A stretch of DNA of 64,000 bases from Solirubrobacteraceae bacterium (GTDB lineage Bacteria > Actinomycetota > Thermoleophilia > Solirubrobacterales > Solirubrobacteraceae), in contig DASZIQ010000048.1 in the NCBI GenBank assembly GCA_035948945.1, positions 14,253 to 78,252 of the forward strand, read 5' to 3'. Both the position numbers and the translations under genes were made by a program. The notes under the pieces were generated by a model, which was given only the letters and a program-made list of their open reading frames with translations, searched no databases and had not been told where the DNA came from. Numbering within the stretch: position 1 is the first letter of the stretch; the number at the start of each line of letters is the position of its first letter. Of this stretch, positions 37,440-45,405 are shown in pieces.

Positions 37440-38293
37440 CACGCCACCGCCCGCGCCAGCCGCCCGCGACCGACGAGCGCCAGCGCCCCGGCGAGCACGG
37501 CGAGCGCCGCGACCAGCAGGATCACGGCGGCGGCGCTGGCCACCGGGAAGTCGAAGAAGGTGAAGATGTAGTCGCCGATGAAGCTCGCCATGAACGGCGT
37601 CTGCGCGCCGCCGAGCAGCACCGGCGTGATGTAGAAGCCGAGCGAGATCGCGAACACGAGCGCGGTGGCCGCCACGATCCCCGGCAGCGCCAGCGGCAAA
37701 AGCACGGTGCGCGTCGCGTACAGCCGCGAAGCGCCCATCCCCCGCGCGGCGTCGAGCAGCGTGCGGTCGACCGTGAGGAACACGCCGTAGAGCGTGAGCG
37801 CGGCGTAGGGGAGCATCGTGTACACCATCCCGATCCCGACGGCGGTGGAGGTGTAGAGGATCGACAGCGACCCCAGCCCCAGCGTCTGCGTGAGCTGGTT
37901 GAGCGGCCCTTCGGCAGAGAGCAGCAGGACGATCGAGTAGTTCTTGACGACCGTCCCCATCCAGAAGGGCACGAGCACGGCCAGCCACAGCACCGCCTTC
38001 ACGGCGGAGGAGCGGGCCGTGCGGATGTACCACGCCAACAGCCCGCCGAGCAGCACCGCGGCGAGGCTGACGAGCGCGGCGGCGGCGAACGTGGTGATCA
38101 GCGAGCGCCGGCCGGCGGAGCTTTCGAACACGGCCGCGTAGTTGCCGAGGCCGGAGCCAGTGGTGAGCGATTCGACGATCAGCTTGACCAGCGGGTAGAG
38201 CACCAGCCCACCCAGCACCAGCAGCAGCGGCGCCGCCAGCACGAGCGCCCAGCGGTTGCCGAGCACCGGCCGCCAGACGGCGCCGCTGTTCAC
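37439..38293 (-). CDS. ABC importer permease (PotB-like)
   Basis: EAA-like loop LLDAARGMGASRLYATRTVLLP. 6 TM segments. Confidence 0.8.
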   Translation of the reverse strand: MNSGAVWRPVLGNRWALVLAAPLLLVLGGLVLYPLVKLIVESLTTGSGLGNYAAVFESSAGRRSLITTFAAAALVSLAAVLLGGLLAWYIRTARSSAVKAVLWLAVLVPFWMGTVVKNYSIVLLLSAEGPLNQLTQTLGLGSLSILYTSTAVGIGMVYTMLPYAALTLYGVFLTVDRTLLDAARGMGASRLYATRTVLLPLALPGIVAATALVFAISLGFYITPVLLGGAQTPFMASFIGDYIFTFFDFPVASAAAVILLVAALAVLAGALALVGRGRLARAVA

Positions 38294-38383
38294 CGGCGGG
38301 CGCCCCCGCGCGTGCGGCGCCTACCCGGCCAACCCGCCTGGGCCACGCCGAGCCGGAGGGCGCCGTCAGGCGGCGCGGACGCG

Positions 38384-39475
38384 CTATCCCCGCAGGAAGT
38401 TCTCGTAGGCGGTATTGAGTTCGGTGCCGTGCAGCGCATACCAGGTGAAGTTTGGCACCGCCAGCTGGTTGTAGTTGACGGGGTTGTCGGCGAGCTGGAC
38501 GGCGAACGACTTGGGGATGTACTGGAGCGCCTTGGGGCTGGGCACGGAGACGTGCACTTCCTGCGCCCACTGCGCCTGGTTCTTGGGATGGCTGGCGATC
38601 CAGCTGAGCAGTTTGAACGCGGTCTGCTCATGCGGCGCACCCGCCAAAACCGTCCAGAAGCTGGGTTCGTAGACGCCCTGGGCCCACACGATCTTCACCT
38701 TCACGCCCTCGGCGGCGAGTTCGTAGGCGCGGTTGCTCCACATGATTCCCATGTCCACCTGCCCGGAGCGCATCACCTGCACCTGCTGTTCGCCGGACTG
38801 CCAGAAAACCTTGATGTAGGGCTTGAGGGGTTCGAGCGTTTTGATCACCCGCCCCACATTCACCGGCGCCGTGGCGGTCGCCGAGATCGGCATCCCCGCG
38901 GCCACCTCGGCCTCGGTGGCCTCCTCGATTGGTTCGATCCCCCCAAACATGCGCGACTGAGGGAAGGCCTTTGTGTCGAAGAACTGGGTGGTGTTGGCCG
39001 GGCAGGTGGTCATCTTGGCGGTGAGGCAGACAATCACGTAGCCGAGGTTGGCGTGTGAGAAGCCCCACGTCGTGACGTTCTTGGGGGTCAATTCGCGTTC
39101 CAGTTCGGTTTTGGTGGCTGCCGGCAGCGACGCCAGCTGGTGCTTGGCGGCGAGCGCGTAGGCGGCGCCGCCGCCGACCGAGTCGAGTGCGTCCCATTCG
39201 ATCTTGCCGGCTTTGTTTTGCGCTTCCACGCGCGCCTCCTGCTCGCCCGGCGCGTCGACGAAGGCGAAGCTGGTGTGATTTTCGGCGTCAAACGGCTTCA
39301 GGTAGGACTTTTCGGTGGCTTCATTGATCGGCGCCCCCCAGTCGCCGATCGTGAGCGTGGTTTTGGTGGAGCTGCTGCCGCACGCCGCCACCCCGACCGC
39401 GGCGAGCAGCGCGAGGGTTGCGCAGATCGCGCCGCGCGCCCGCTGGCGGGGAATGGGAATCCCACCCACCCGCAT
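38384..39475 (-). CDS. Extracellular solute-binding lipoprotein (PotD/PotF-like)
   Basis: Start at ATG 39475. Lipobox LAAVGVAAC|GSS. Family-1 SBP-like sequence, upstream of the two permeases. Confidence 0.8.
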   Translation of the reverse strand: MRVGGIPIPRQRARGAICATLALLAAVGVAACGSSSTKTTLTIGDWGAPINEATEKSYLKPFDAENHTSFAFVDAPGEQEARVEAQNKAGKIEWDALDSVGGGAAYALAAKHQLASLPAATKTELERELTPKNVTTWGFSHANLGYVIVCLTAKMTTCPANTTQFFDTKAFPQSRMFGGIEPIEEATEAEVAAGMPISATATAPVNVGRVIKTLEPLKPYIKVFWQSGEQQVQVMRSGQVDMGIMWSNRAYELAAEGVKVKIVWAQGVYEPSFWTVLAGAPHEQTAFKLLSWIASHPKNQAQWAQEVHVSVPSPKALQYIPKSFAVQLADNPVNYNQLAVPNFTWYALHGTELNTAYENFLRG

Positions 39476-39486
39476 CCCACCCACCC
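39461..39486 (-). promoter_or_regulatory. G-quadruplex-prone tract GGGTGGGTGGGATGCGGGTGGGTGGG spanning the start codon of the SBP gene
   Basis: Six G3 runs with 1-4 nt loops on the coding strand. The ATG (39475-39473) lies in the central loop. Made of two tandem copies of GGGTGGGTGGGAT. Confidence 0.5.
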
Positions 39487-39488
39487 TC

Positions 39489-39520
39489 TCGCCGAAGGCG
39501 CGTGTCTCCCGGCTTGGGCC
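39489..39520. repeat. Half copy of the REP-like element
   Basis: TCGCCGAAGGCGCGTGTCTCCCGGCTTGGGCC matches the right half of the 35659-35707 copy. Confidence 0.7.
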
Positions 39521-39630
39521 GCTGGGCACTGCTGGGGGGCGCCCTCGAAGTCTGCAGAAGCTGTTCATCTCCATCCCCTTCCGTTTGATTGGAGGCCCAC
39601 CCGCCCACCTGCCCCGCTTCGGCCGCAGAC

Positions 39631-40692
39631 TCAGCGGAACACCGCGTCCAACGTGTCCCGCTGAAACGCCGGCCGCGAGTCGAGCACCCGATGGCCTATG
39701 ACTGTGAGCACTGCCTGTGCGGCGTAGCGGGCCGTCCGGCCCCCGCCTACGTCGTACTGGGGAATCATCTCACAGACATCGAACGCTCCCACACTGCCGA
39801 ACTGGCCCACGACGGCGAGCGCCTCCAGCACCTCCCCGGAGGTGAGGCCGTCGAGCGCGATCGAGTGGGTGCCGGGCGCGTAGGCGCCGTCGGTGGCGTC
39901 GATGTCAAACGTCACGTATAGGTGGGTGACCCCCTCGGAGGCGAGCTCGAGCGCCTCGCGAATCGTCGCCTGCACGCCGCGGCGGCGGATCGAGGCGACG
40001 GTGTAGGCGGCGAAGCTGCGCTCGCGGCACAGCTCAAGCGCCGCGGGCTCGATCAGGAGAGAGCCGTTGCGAGAGCCGTTGAGGCCCCACCACACCATCC
40101 GGCCGACGGCCTCGTGCTCGGCGATGCGCCGCGCGAACGTGCCGTGGTTGTAGCGGCCCATGTCCTTGAACTCATCCCACAGGTCGAAGTGGGCGTCGAT
40201 GTTGAGGAACCCCACCCGAGCGTCCGGTTCGCGCGCGCGGACGCCGCGCACGAAGCCCACGAATGAGGGGTAGGGCACGAAGTGATCGCCGCCGAGCACC
40301 ACGGGCAGCGCGCCGCGCTCCACGATCTCCGCGACGGGTGCGGCGATCGCCTCGATCTGGGCGCGCACGTCGCCCTGGTGCAGGCGCACGTCCCCCACGT
40401 CGAACAGGCGCGGGTGCTCGGGCACGGTCCACACGCTCCCGTCGCCCACGTCCACGTAGCCGACGGGCTCGAGCTGCTGGCCGAAGTAGCCGGCCAGGAA
40501 CAGAGAGGCCTCGCGGATCGCGCGGGGGGCGTAGCGCTGACCGTTGCGCCCGAGCGTCCAGGAGTCCAGGGGCGCGCCGAGCACCGCGACTGAGCCAGAC
40601 GGGAGCTCCGCGGGCGTGGCCGCGGGCGCACGGTAGAAGGTGGTGGGACCGGCGTACCAGTGCACGGTGTCGAGCTGGGGGGCGACGGACAT
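39631..40692 (-). CDS. Ureohydrolase (agmatinase / guanidino-acid hydrolase / arginase family)
   Basis: Mn-ligand motifs GGDH, NIDAHFD, TFDIDATD. 353 aa. Confidence 0.85.
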   Translation of the reverse strand: MSVAPQLDTVHWYAGPTTFYRAPAATPAELPSGSVAVLGAPLDSWTLGRNGQRYAPRAIREASLFLAGYFGQQLEPVGYVDVGDGSVWTVPEHPRLFDVGDVRLHQGDVRAQIEAIAAPVAEIVERGALPVVLGGDHFVPYPSFVGFVRGVRAREPDARVGFLNIDAHFDLWDEFKDMGRYNHGTFARRIAEHEAVGRMVWWGLNGSRNGSLLIEPAALELCRERSFAAYTVASIRRRGVQATIREALELASEGVTHLYVTFDIDATDGAYAPGTHSIALDGLTSGEVLEALAVVGQFGSVGAFDVCEMIPQYDVGGGRTARYAAQAVLTVIGHRVLDSRPAFQRDTLDAVFR

Positions 40693-40827
40693 ATATGCAA
40701 GGTAGACGACGAAGCGGCGGGTAGAGTTTGGGATCGTCCACGTGAGCGGACGCTTCGGAGCGGGCGCGCGCGCGGCTGGCCTCCATGCCAGCCGGCCACT
40801 GTGCGCGGCTTCGATCTCGGCGCGCCC

Positions 40828-42372
40828 TCAGCGCTGCACGACCGTACGCGACTGCTCGCGCATGAACTGCGGCAGGTAGTAGGGACCGAGCCCGCCCTTG
40901 CCGGTGGTGCCGGAGGACTTCCAGCCGCAGAAGGACTGGGTTCGCGGCCACGCGCCGGTGGTGGCGCCGGCGCGGCGGTTGACGTACAGCACGCCGGCCT
41001 GCATCTCATCCAAGAACCGATCGATCTCGCCCTGATCGGAGCTGAAGATCCCGGCGGTGAGACCGTAGTCGGTGGCGTTGGCCTCAGCGAACGCCTCATC
41101 GAGCGTGGCGACCCGGGTGACGGTCAGGAAGGGCAGGAAGAGCTCCTCGCGTGTGAGGGGGTGCCCGCGCGGGAGGTCGGCGACGACCGTCGGCTCGGCG
41201 AACCACCCCTCTGGGCGGGGCAGGCCGCCGCCGAGCGCGACCTGCCCATCGCGGCGGGCGGCATCGACGCTCTCACGGAAGCGCTGGAAGGCGCGCGCGT
41301 CGACGACGGGCCCGAGAAACGCATCGCGTTCAGACGGGTCGCCGACCGAGAGCGTGGCGGTGAACGCGCAGAGGCGTTCCAGCAGCTCCTCATGGACGCC
41401 GTCGAGCACGATCGCGCGCGAACAGGCGGAGCACTTCTGCCCGGAGAGCCCGAAGGCCGCCCGCGCGAGACCCTCGGCGGCCGCGTCGAGATCGGCCGAG
41501 GCGGTGACGATCGCGGGGTTCTTGCCGCCCATCTCGGTGAGGGCGGGGCGCGCGTAGGGGCCGGTCACGAGCTTGCGCGCGATCTCTCGCCCGACCTCGG
41601 CGGAGCCGGTGAAGGCGATCCCGTCCACGGGGGCGTCCACCAGCGCGCGGCCGGTCGCGGGGCCTCCGTGCAGGAGGTTGAAGACCCCGGGGCCCAACTC
41701 ACCCGCGAGCAGCGCCTCGGCGAGCAGCGCGCCGGTCCAGGGGGCATCCTCGGAGGGCTTGACGACGACGGTGTTGCCGGCGAGCAGCGCGGCGGCCGTC
41801 ATCCCGACGGTGAGCGCGAGCGGGAAGTTGAAGGGCGCGATCACCCCGAAGACGCCGTAGGGCCGGAGGATCTCGGTGCCGCGCTCGGCGGGGGTGAAGC
41901 TGGCCAGCGGCGCGACGAAGCCGTCATGGCGCTCCATCTCCTCGGAGTAGGTCTCGACCAGCTCGATCGCCTCCTGCACCTCGACGATCGCCTCGGTGCG
42001 GCTCTTGCCGGTCTCCGCGCTCATCACCGCGGCGAGCTCGATGTGGCGCTCGGAGATCGCGCGCGCGACGGCGGCGAGGCGCTCCAGGCGCTCGCGGTAG
42101 GGGGTGCGCCGCCACTGTGCGCGAGCCTCACGGGCAGCGTCGACCGCTTGCGCGACGGTCTGCGGGCCTGCGGCGTGGGCGCGGCTGGCGACGCGGTCGA
42201 TATGGGAGGGGTCGGCCCGTTCGAAGACGGGGCCTTCGGCGGAGAGCCGTCCGCCGATCACGTGCGGCCACGGCTCGGGCGGGGCGGCGCGCGCGTCGCG
42301 CAGGCACCGCTCGAACTCCGCATGGGCCGCGGAGTCGAGGCCACCGCTCGTGTATGTGAGTCGCACGGCCAT
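40828..42372 (-). CDS. Aldehyde dehydrogenase, 1-pyrroline-5-carboxylate dehydrogenase-like
   Basis: Start at ATG 42372. EMGGKN, GQKCSACS catalytic Cys, C-terminal WPRTQSFCGWKSSGTTGKGG typical of RocA/PruA-type enzymes. Confidence 0.85.
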   Translation of the reverse strand: MAVRLTYTSGGLDSAAHAEFERCLRDARAAPPEPWPHVIGGRLSAEGPVFERADPSHIDRVASRAHAAGPQTVAQAVDAAREARAQWRRTPYRERLERLAAVARAISERHIELAAVMSAETGKSRTEAIVEVQEAIELVETYSEEMERHDGFVAPLASFTPAERGTEILRPYGVFGVIAPFNFPLALTVGMTAAALLAGNTVVVKPSEDAPWTGALLAEALLAGELGPGVFNLLHGGPATGRALVDAPVDGIAFTGSAEVGREIARKLVTGPYARPALTEMGGKNPAIVTASADLDAAAEGLARAAFGLSGQKCSACSRAIVLDGVHEELLERLCAFTATLSVGDPSERDAFLGPVVDARAFQRFRESVDAARRDGQVALGGGLPRPEGWFAEPTVVADLPRGHPLTREELFLPFLTVTRVATLDEAFAEANATDYGLTAGIFSSDQGEIDRFLDEMQAGVLYVNRRAGATTGAWPRTQSFCGWKSSGTTGKGGLGPYYLPQFMREQSRTVVQR

Positions 42373-42422
42373 CTGACGCTCGATCGTCACGCTAGCGCAG
42401 GGTGCCGCTGGCGGGCGGGCGG

Positions 42423-42564
42423 GCCACATTGCTACGGCAGGCGGGCAAGCCACCACCGCTGCGGCCGGTAGGCGAGCGAGCCACCATTGCTACGGCCGGC
42501 GGGCAAGCCACTGCTGCGGCGGGCGTGCGAGGCGAGCCACCGATGCTGCGGCCGGCGGGCGAGC
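42423..42564. repeat. Five degenerate tandem repeats (26-31 nt, consensus GCCACCNNTGCTRCGGCCGGCGGGCRA)
   Basis: Read directly. Units start at 42423, 42449, 42480, 42507 and 42536. Units 1 and 3 are 25/27 identical. Unit lengths are not multiples of 3. Located in a divergent intergenic region. Confidence 0.8.
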
Positions 42565-42599
42565 TGTCGGCCCCGCAGGTGGTGGCTAGCCAAAATGTT

Positions 42600-42623
42600 A
42601 TACTGAACCATATGGTTCAGTAT
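42600..42623. promoter_or_regulatory. Perfect 24-bp palindrome ATACTGAACCATATGGTTCAGTAT centred on the ArsR-family start codon (candidate operator)
   Basis: Perfect dyad read directly. AT-rich island in GC-rich DNA. The ATG 42612-42614 lies at the dyad centre. Confidence 0.6.
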
Positions 42624-43010
42624 CGTCCCGTCGTTCATCATCGTCCCGAGCTCGACCGGCCCTTGGCGGCCCTCGCGGACTCCAATCGCCGCCTCATCCT
42701 GCAGCAGCTGGGGCAGGGCAGCGCCACCGTCACCGAGTTGGCCGAGCCATTCGGGATGTCGCTGACTGGGCTAAAGAAGCACTTGCAGGTGCTGGAGGAG
42801 GTCGGGCTGGTGAGCACCGAGAAGGTCGGGCGCACACGGATCTGCAGCCTCGGACCACGGCGTCTGGACGACGTCCAGCAGTGGATCGAGGCCTATCGAG
42901 TCATGTTGGACGAGCGCCTCGACCGCCTCGGCGAGCTGATCGAGGGCGCCGCGGATGAAGCGGTGACGTCCGGCGAGATACAGGGACCGGCGAGCAGAGA
43001 GCCGCAGTGA
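42612..43010 (+). CDS. ArsR/SmtB-family transcriptional regulator
   Basis: LAALADSNRRLILQQLGQGSATVTELAEPFGMSLTGLKKHLQVLEEVGLV winged-HTH. Confidence 0.8.
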   Translation: MVQYRPVVHHRPELDRPLAALADSNRRLILQQLGQGSATVTELAEPFGMSLTGLKKHLQVLEEVGLVSTEKVGRTRICSLGPRRLDDVQQWIEAYRVMLDERLDRLGELIEGAADEAVTSGEIQGPASREPQ

Positions 43011-43507
43011 CAGCACCACCGACACAACCAGGAGGAACCATGGCTGGAGCCACGACATTGACGACGCCCACCGATCGCGAGATCGTCACCGAGCGGGTAT
43101 TCGACGCACCTCGGGAGCGCGTGTTCGCTACCTACACCGACCCCGAGCTGATCCCCCAGTGGTGGGGCCCGCGGCGCATGACCACGACCGTCGATCAGAT
43201 GGACGTCAGACCCGGGGGCAGCTGGCGCTTCGTGATGCGCGAGCCCGACGGCCGGGAGATCGGGTTCAAAGGCATCTACCGCGAGGTCACGCCGCCCGAG
43301 CGCATCGTCCAGACCTTCGAATGGGAGGGAATGCCCGGCCACGTGATCGTCGAGACCGCCACCTTCGAGGAGCTCGACGGCCGCACGAAGGTGACGACCA
43401 CCTCGCTGTTCCACACCACAGAGGAACGCGACGGCATGCTCGCGTCCGGCATGGAGGGCGGCCTCACCGAATCACACGAACGGCTGGCGGAACTGCTGGC
43501 TCGGTGA
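43007..43507 (+). CDS. SRPBCC / AHSA1-domain protein
   Basis: ERVFDAPRERVF...W..PE....W, GGSWRF typical of the Aha1-like START fold. GTGA overlap with the arsR-like stop. This is the usual ArsR-AHSA1 gene pair. Confidence 0.8.
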   Translation: MTAPPTQPGGTMAGATTLTTPTDREIVTERVFDAPRERVFATYTDPELIPQWWGPRRMTTTVDQMDVRPGGSWRFVMREPDGREIGFKGIYREVTPPERIVQTFEWEGMPGHVIVETATFEELDGRTKVTTTSLFHTTEERDGMLASGMEGGLTESHERLAELLAR

Positions 43508-43591
43508 GTGTCTGCACGATCTCGCGCATAAGGGTTCGCCGTGTCGCTCCCTCGGGCAGAGCCAGCGCCTGGTTCGACAAGCAAGGTTCTA

Positions 43592-43663
43592 TGCCCCCGC
43601 CAGGAGTCGAACCTGGATCCACCGCTTAGGAGGCGGTTGTCTTATCCGTTGGACTACGAGGGC
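43592..43663 (-). tRNA. tRNA-Arg (anticodon CCU), no encoded CCA
   Basis: Manual fold: acceptor GCCCUCG/CGGGGGC, anticodon arm ACCGC-CUCCUAA-GCGGU, T-arm CCAGG-UUCGACU-CCUGG. Confidence 0.8.
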
Positions 43664-43699
43664 AGAAGCACCCCAGCACCAGGGGGGCCTGCTCGAAGG

Positions 43700-44245
43700 C
43701 TACCGCGGCGGATGCAGGGCGGCGAGGCGGTCGAGGTCCTCGCCGGTGAGGCGGTGGGTGATCCACTCGGGCATCGTTTGGGCCCGCAGGCCGCTGTAGA
43801 AGCGCAGCGCCGGTTCGTTCCAATCGAGCGCGGCCCATTCCAGGCGCTCGCCTCCGCGCTCGCGCAGGCGCGCTGCGACTGCGGCCAGCAGCGCTCGGCC
43901 AACGCCCTCGCGGCGGTGGGCGGGGCGCACGAAGAGATCCTCGAGCCACACGCCGCTGCTGGCGAGGAAGCTCGAGAAGGTGGGGAAGTAGAGCGCGTAG
44001 CCGATCACCACATGCGGGTCTTCCAGCTCGGCGATCAGCGCCTGCGCCGCGGGGCTGGCGCCGAACAGAGCTTCGCTCAGCTGTTTCTCGGTCGCGTGCA
44101 GCTCGTGCAGGAGGTCCTCGTACTCGGCCAGCTCGGCGAACATCTCGAGCAGCTCCGGCACGTCGCCGTCGCACGCATCCCTGATGACCAGCGGCCGGCG
44201 ACGGGCCGGCCGACGGGAGCGGGTGGAACGGCTGCGCCCAGCCAT
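43700..44245 (-). CDS. GNAT-family N-acetyltransferase (diamine/spermidine acetyltransferase-like)
   Basis: Start at ATG 44245, overlapping the pyrE stop (TGATG). Acetyl-CoA motif RREGVGRALL. Confidence 0.8.
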   Translation of the reverse strand: MAGRSRSTRSRRPARRRPLVIRDACDGDVPELLEMFAELAEYEDLLHELHATEKQLSEALFGASPAAQALIAELEDPHVVIGYALYFPTFSSFLASSGVWLEDLFVRPAHRREGVGRALLAAVAARLRERGGERLEWAALDWNEPALRFYSGLRAQTMPEWITHRLTGEDLDRLAALHPPR

Positions 44246-44832
44246 CACCGATCGGGTCGTTGGGGGTAGATCTCGTCGATCGTGGTGAGCGCCACGTACT
44301 CGCCCCGGCCCTCGCCGAGCGCCGCTCGGATCGCCTGCGCTCCGCCGGCGAGGCGGTCGAGCACGCTCACCACGCCCACCACCGTCAGGCCCTCGCTGCG
44401 CGCGCGCTCCAGCGCCTCGATCGTGGAGCCACCGGTCGTGACGACGTCCTCGACGATCACGCAGCGCTCGCCCGGGGCGAGCTCGGGACCCTCGATCCAG
44501 CGCTGCAGGCCGTGCTCCTTGCGCTCCTTGCGCACGATGAACGCCTTCGGGACGCCTGCCGCGAGCGCCGCGCACGCCACTGGGATTGCGCTCACGGGAA
44601 CCCCGCCGACCGCGCTCGCCCTCCACGCGTGGACCCGATCGGCGACCAGTGTGCCGATCGCAGCGAACGTGCCGGGCAGCAGGATCGCGCGCTTGGCGTC
44701 GACGTAGTACTGCGCCCTGCGGCCGCTGGTGAGCGTCACCTCGCCGATCAGGAGCGCCTGCGCGCGCAGATCGGCCAGCAGGCGAGTGCGCGCCGCTTGC
44801 GGGCTGCTCGTAGGTTCGGCCAGCGTGTCCAC
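44245..44832 (-). CDS. pyrE: Orotate phosphoribosyltransferase
   Basis: PRPP-binding motif VIVEDVVTTGGS. F.L.SGR..YYVD-like N-terminal region. Confidence 0.9.
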   Translation of the reverse strand: MDTLAEPTSSPQAARTRLLADLRAQALLIGEVTLTSGRRAQYYVDAKRAILLPGTFAAIGTLVADRVHAWRASAVGGVPVSAIPVACAALAAGVPKAFIVRKERKEHGLQRWIEGPELAPGERCVIVEDVVTTGGSTIEALERARSEGLTVVGVVSVLDRLAGGAQAIRAALGEGRGEYVALTTIDEIYPQRPDR

Positions 44833-44942
44833 CTTGGGATCTAATCTAGCTCGATGCTCTCCCGTCCCGGCAGCTCGTGCGCCTGTTCACCCTCTTGTGG
44901 GTGGCGCCGAGCGGCCGCGCCCGGCCGGTAGGGCCCGGTCGC

Positions 44943-45302
44943 ATGCTCGTCCCGCTCGTCGCGGTGCTGCGGATCGGCTCGCGGATCGCCTGCCTGATTG
45001 TGGCCGTCTCCTTCGGTCTGTTCGCCATCAACCAGACCAGCAGCGCCTCCACCCACCAGCAGGAAGCGCTGAATGGGACGAATGGAGGCCCAACGTCCAC
45101 GCCGGCCGCCCACCCCGCGCAGGAGGGCGAAGTGCGCAAAGCGATCGACGAAGTCGCCGGCAAGCTCACCTCGCCATTCTCCGGGATCACGGCGGGCTCC
45201 ACGAGCCAGTGGGTGATTCGCGGGGTGGGCACCGTGATGGCACTGCTGGTTTATGGCGTTGGCATCGGCTTTCTCGCGCGCTTCCTGCGGCTGCGGGTCT
45301 AA
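44943..45302 (+). CDS. Hypothetical small membrane protein (2 TM)
   Basis: Coding-like third-position GC. TM segments at both ends. No family recognised. Start chosen at ATG 44943. Confidence 0.4.
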   Translation: MLVPLVAVLRIGSRIACLIVAVSFGLFAINQTSSASTHQQEALNGTNGGPTSTPAAHPAQEGEVRKAIDEVAGKLTSPFSGITAGSTSQWVIRGVGTVMALLVYGVGIGFLARFLRLRV

Positions 45303-45405
45303 GCCCGCTGGGCAGCGCGGCCCGCATCCGCGCCTCGCTTGTCCCGTGCATGCACCGGCGGCGCCGGTGAGCCCGATGCAGTCGAGGCGACCGCCGGCGG
45401 GGGTA

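Noticed and set aside
42423-42564. Possible CRISPR array.
   Set aside because: The units are contiguous with no spacers, they are degenerate and variable in length, and no cas genes are nearby.
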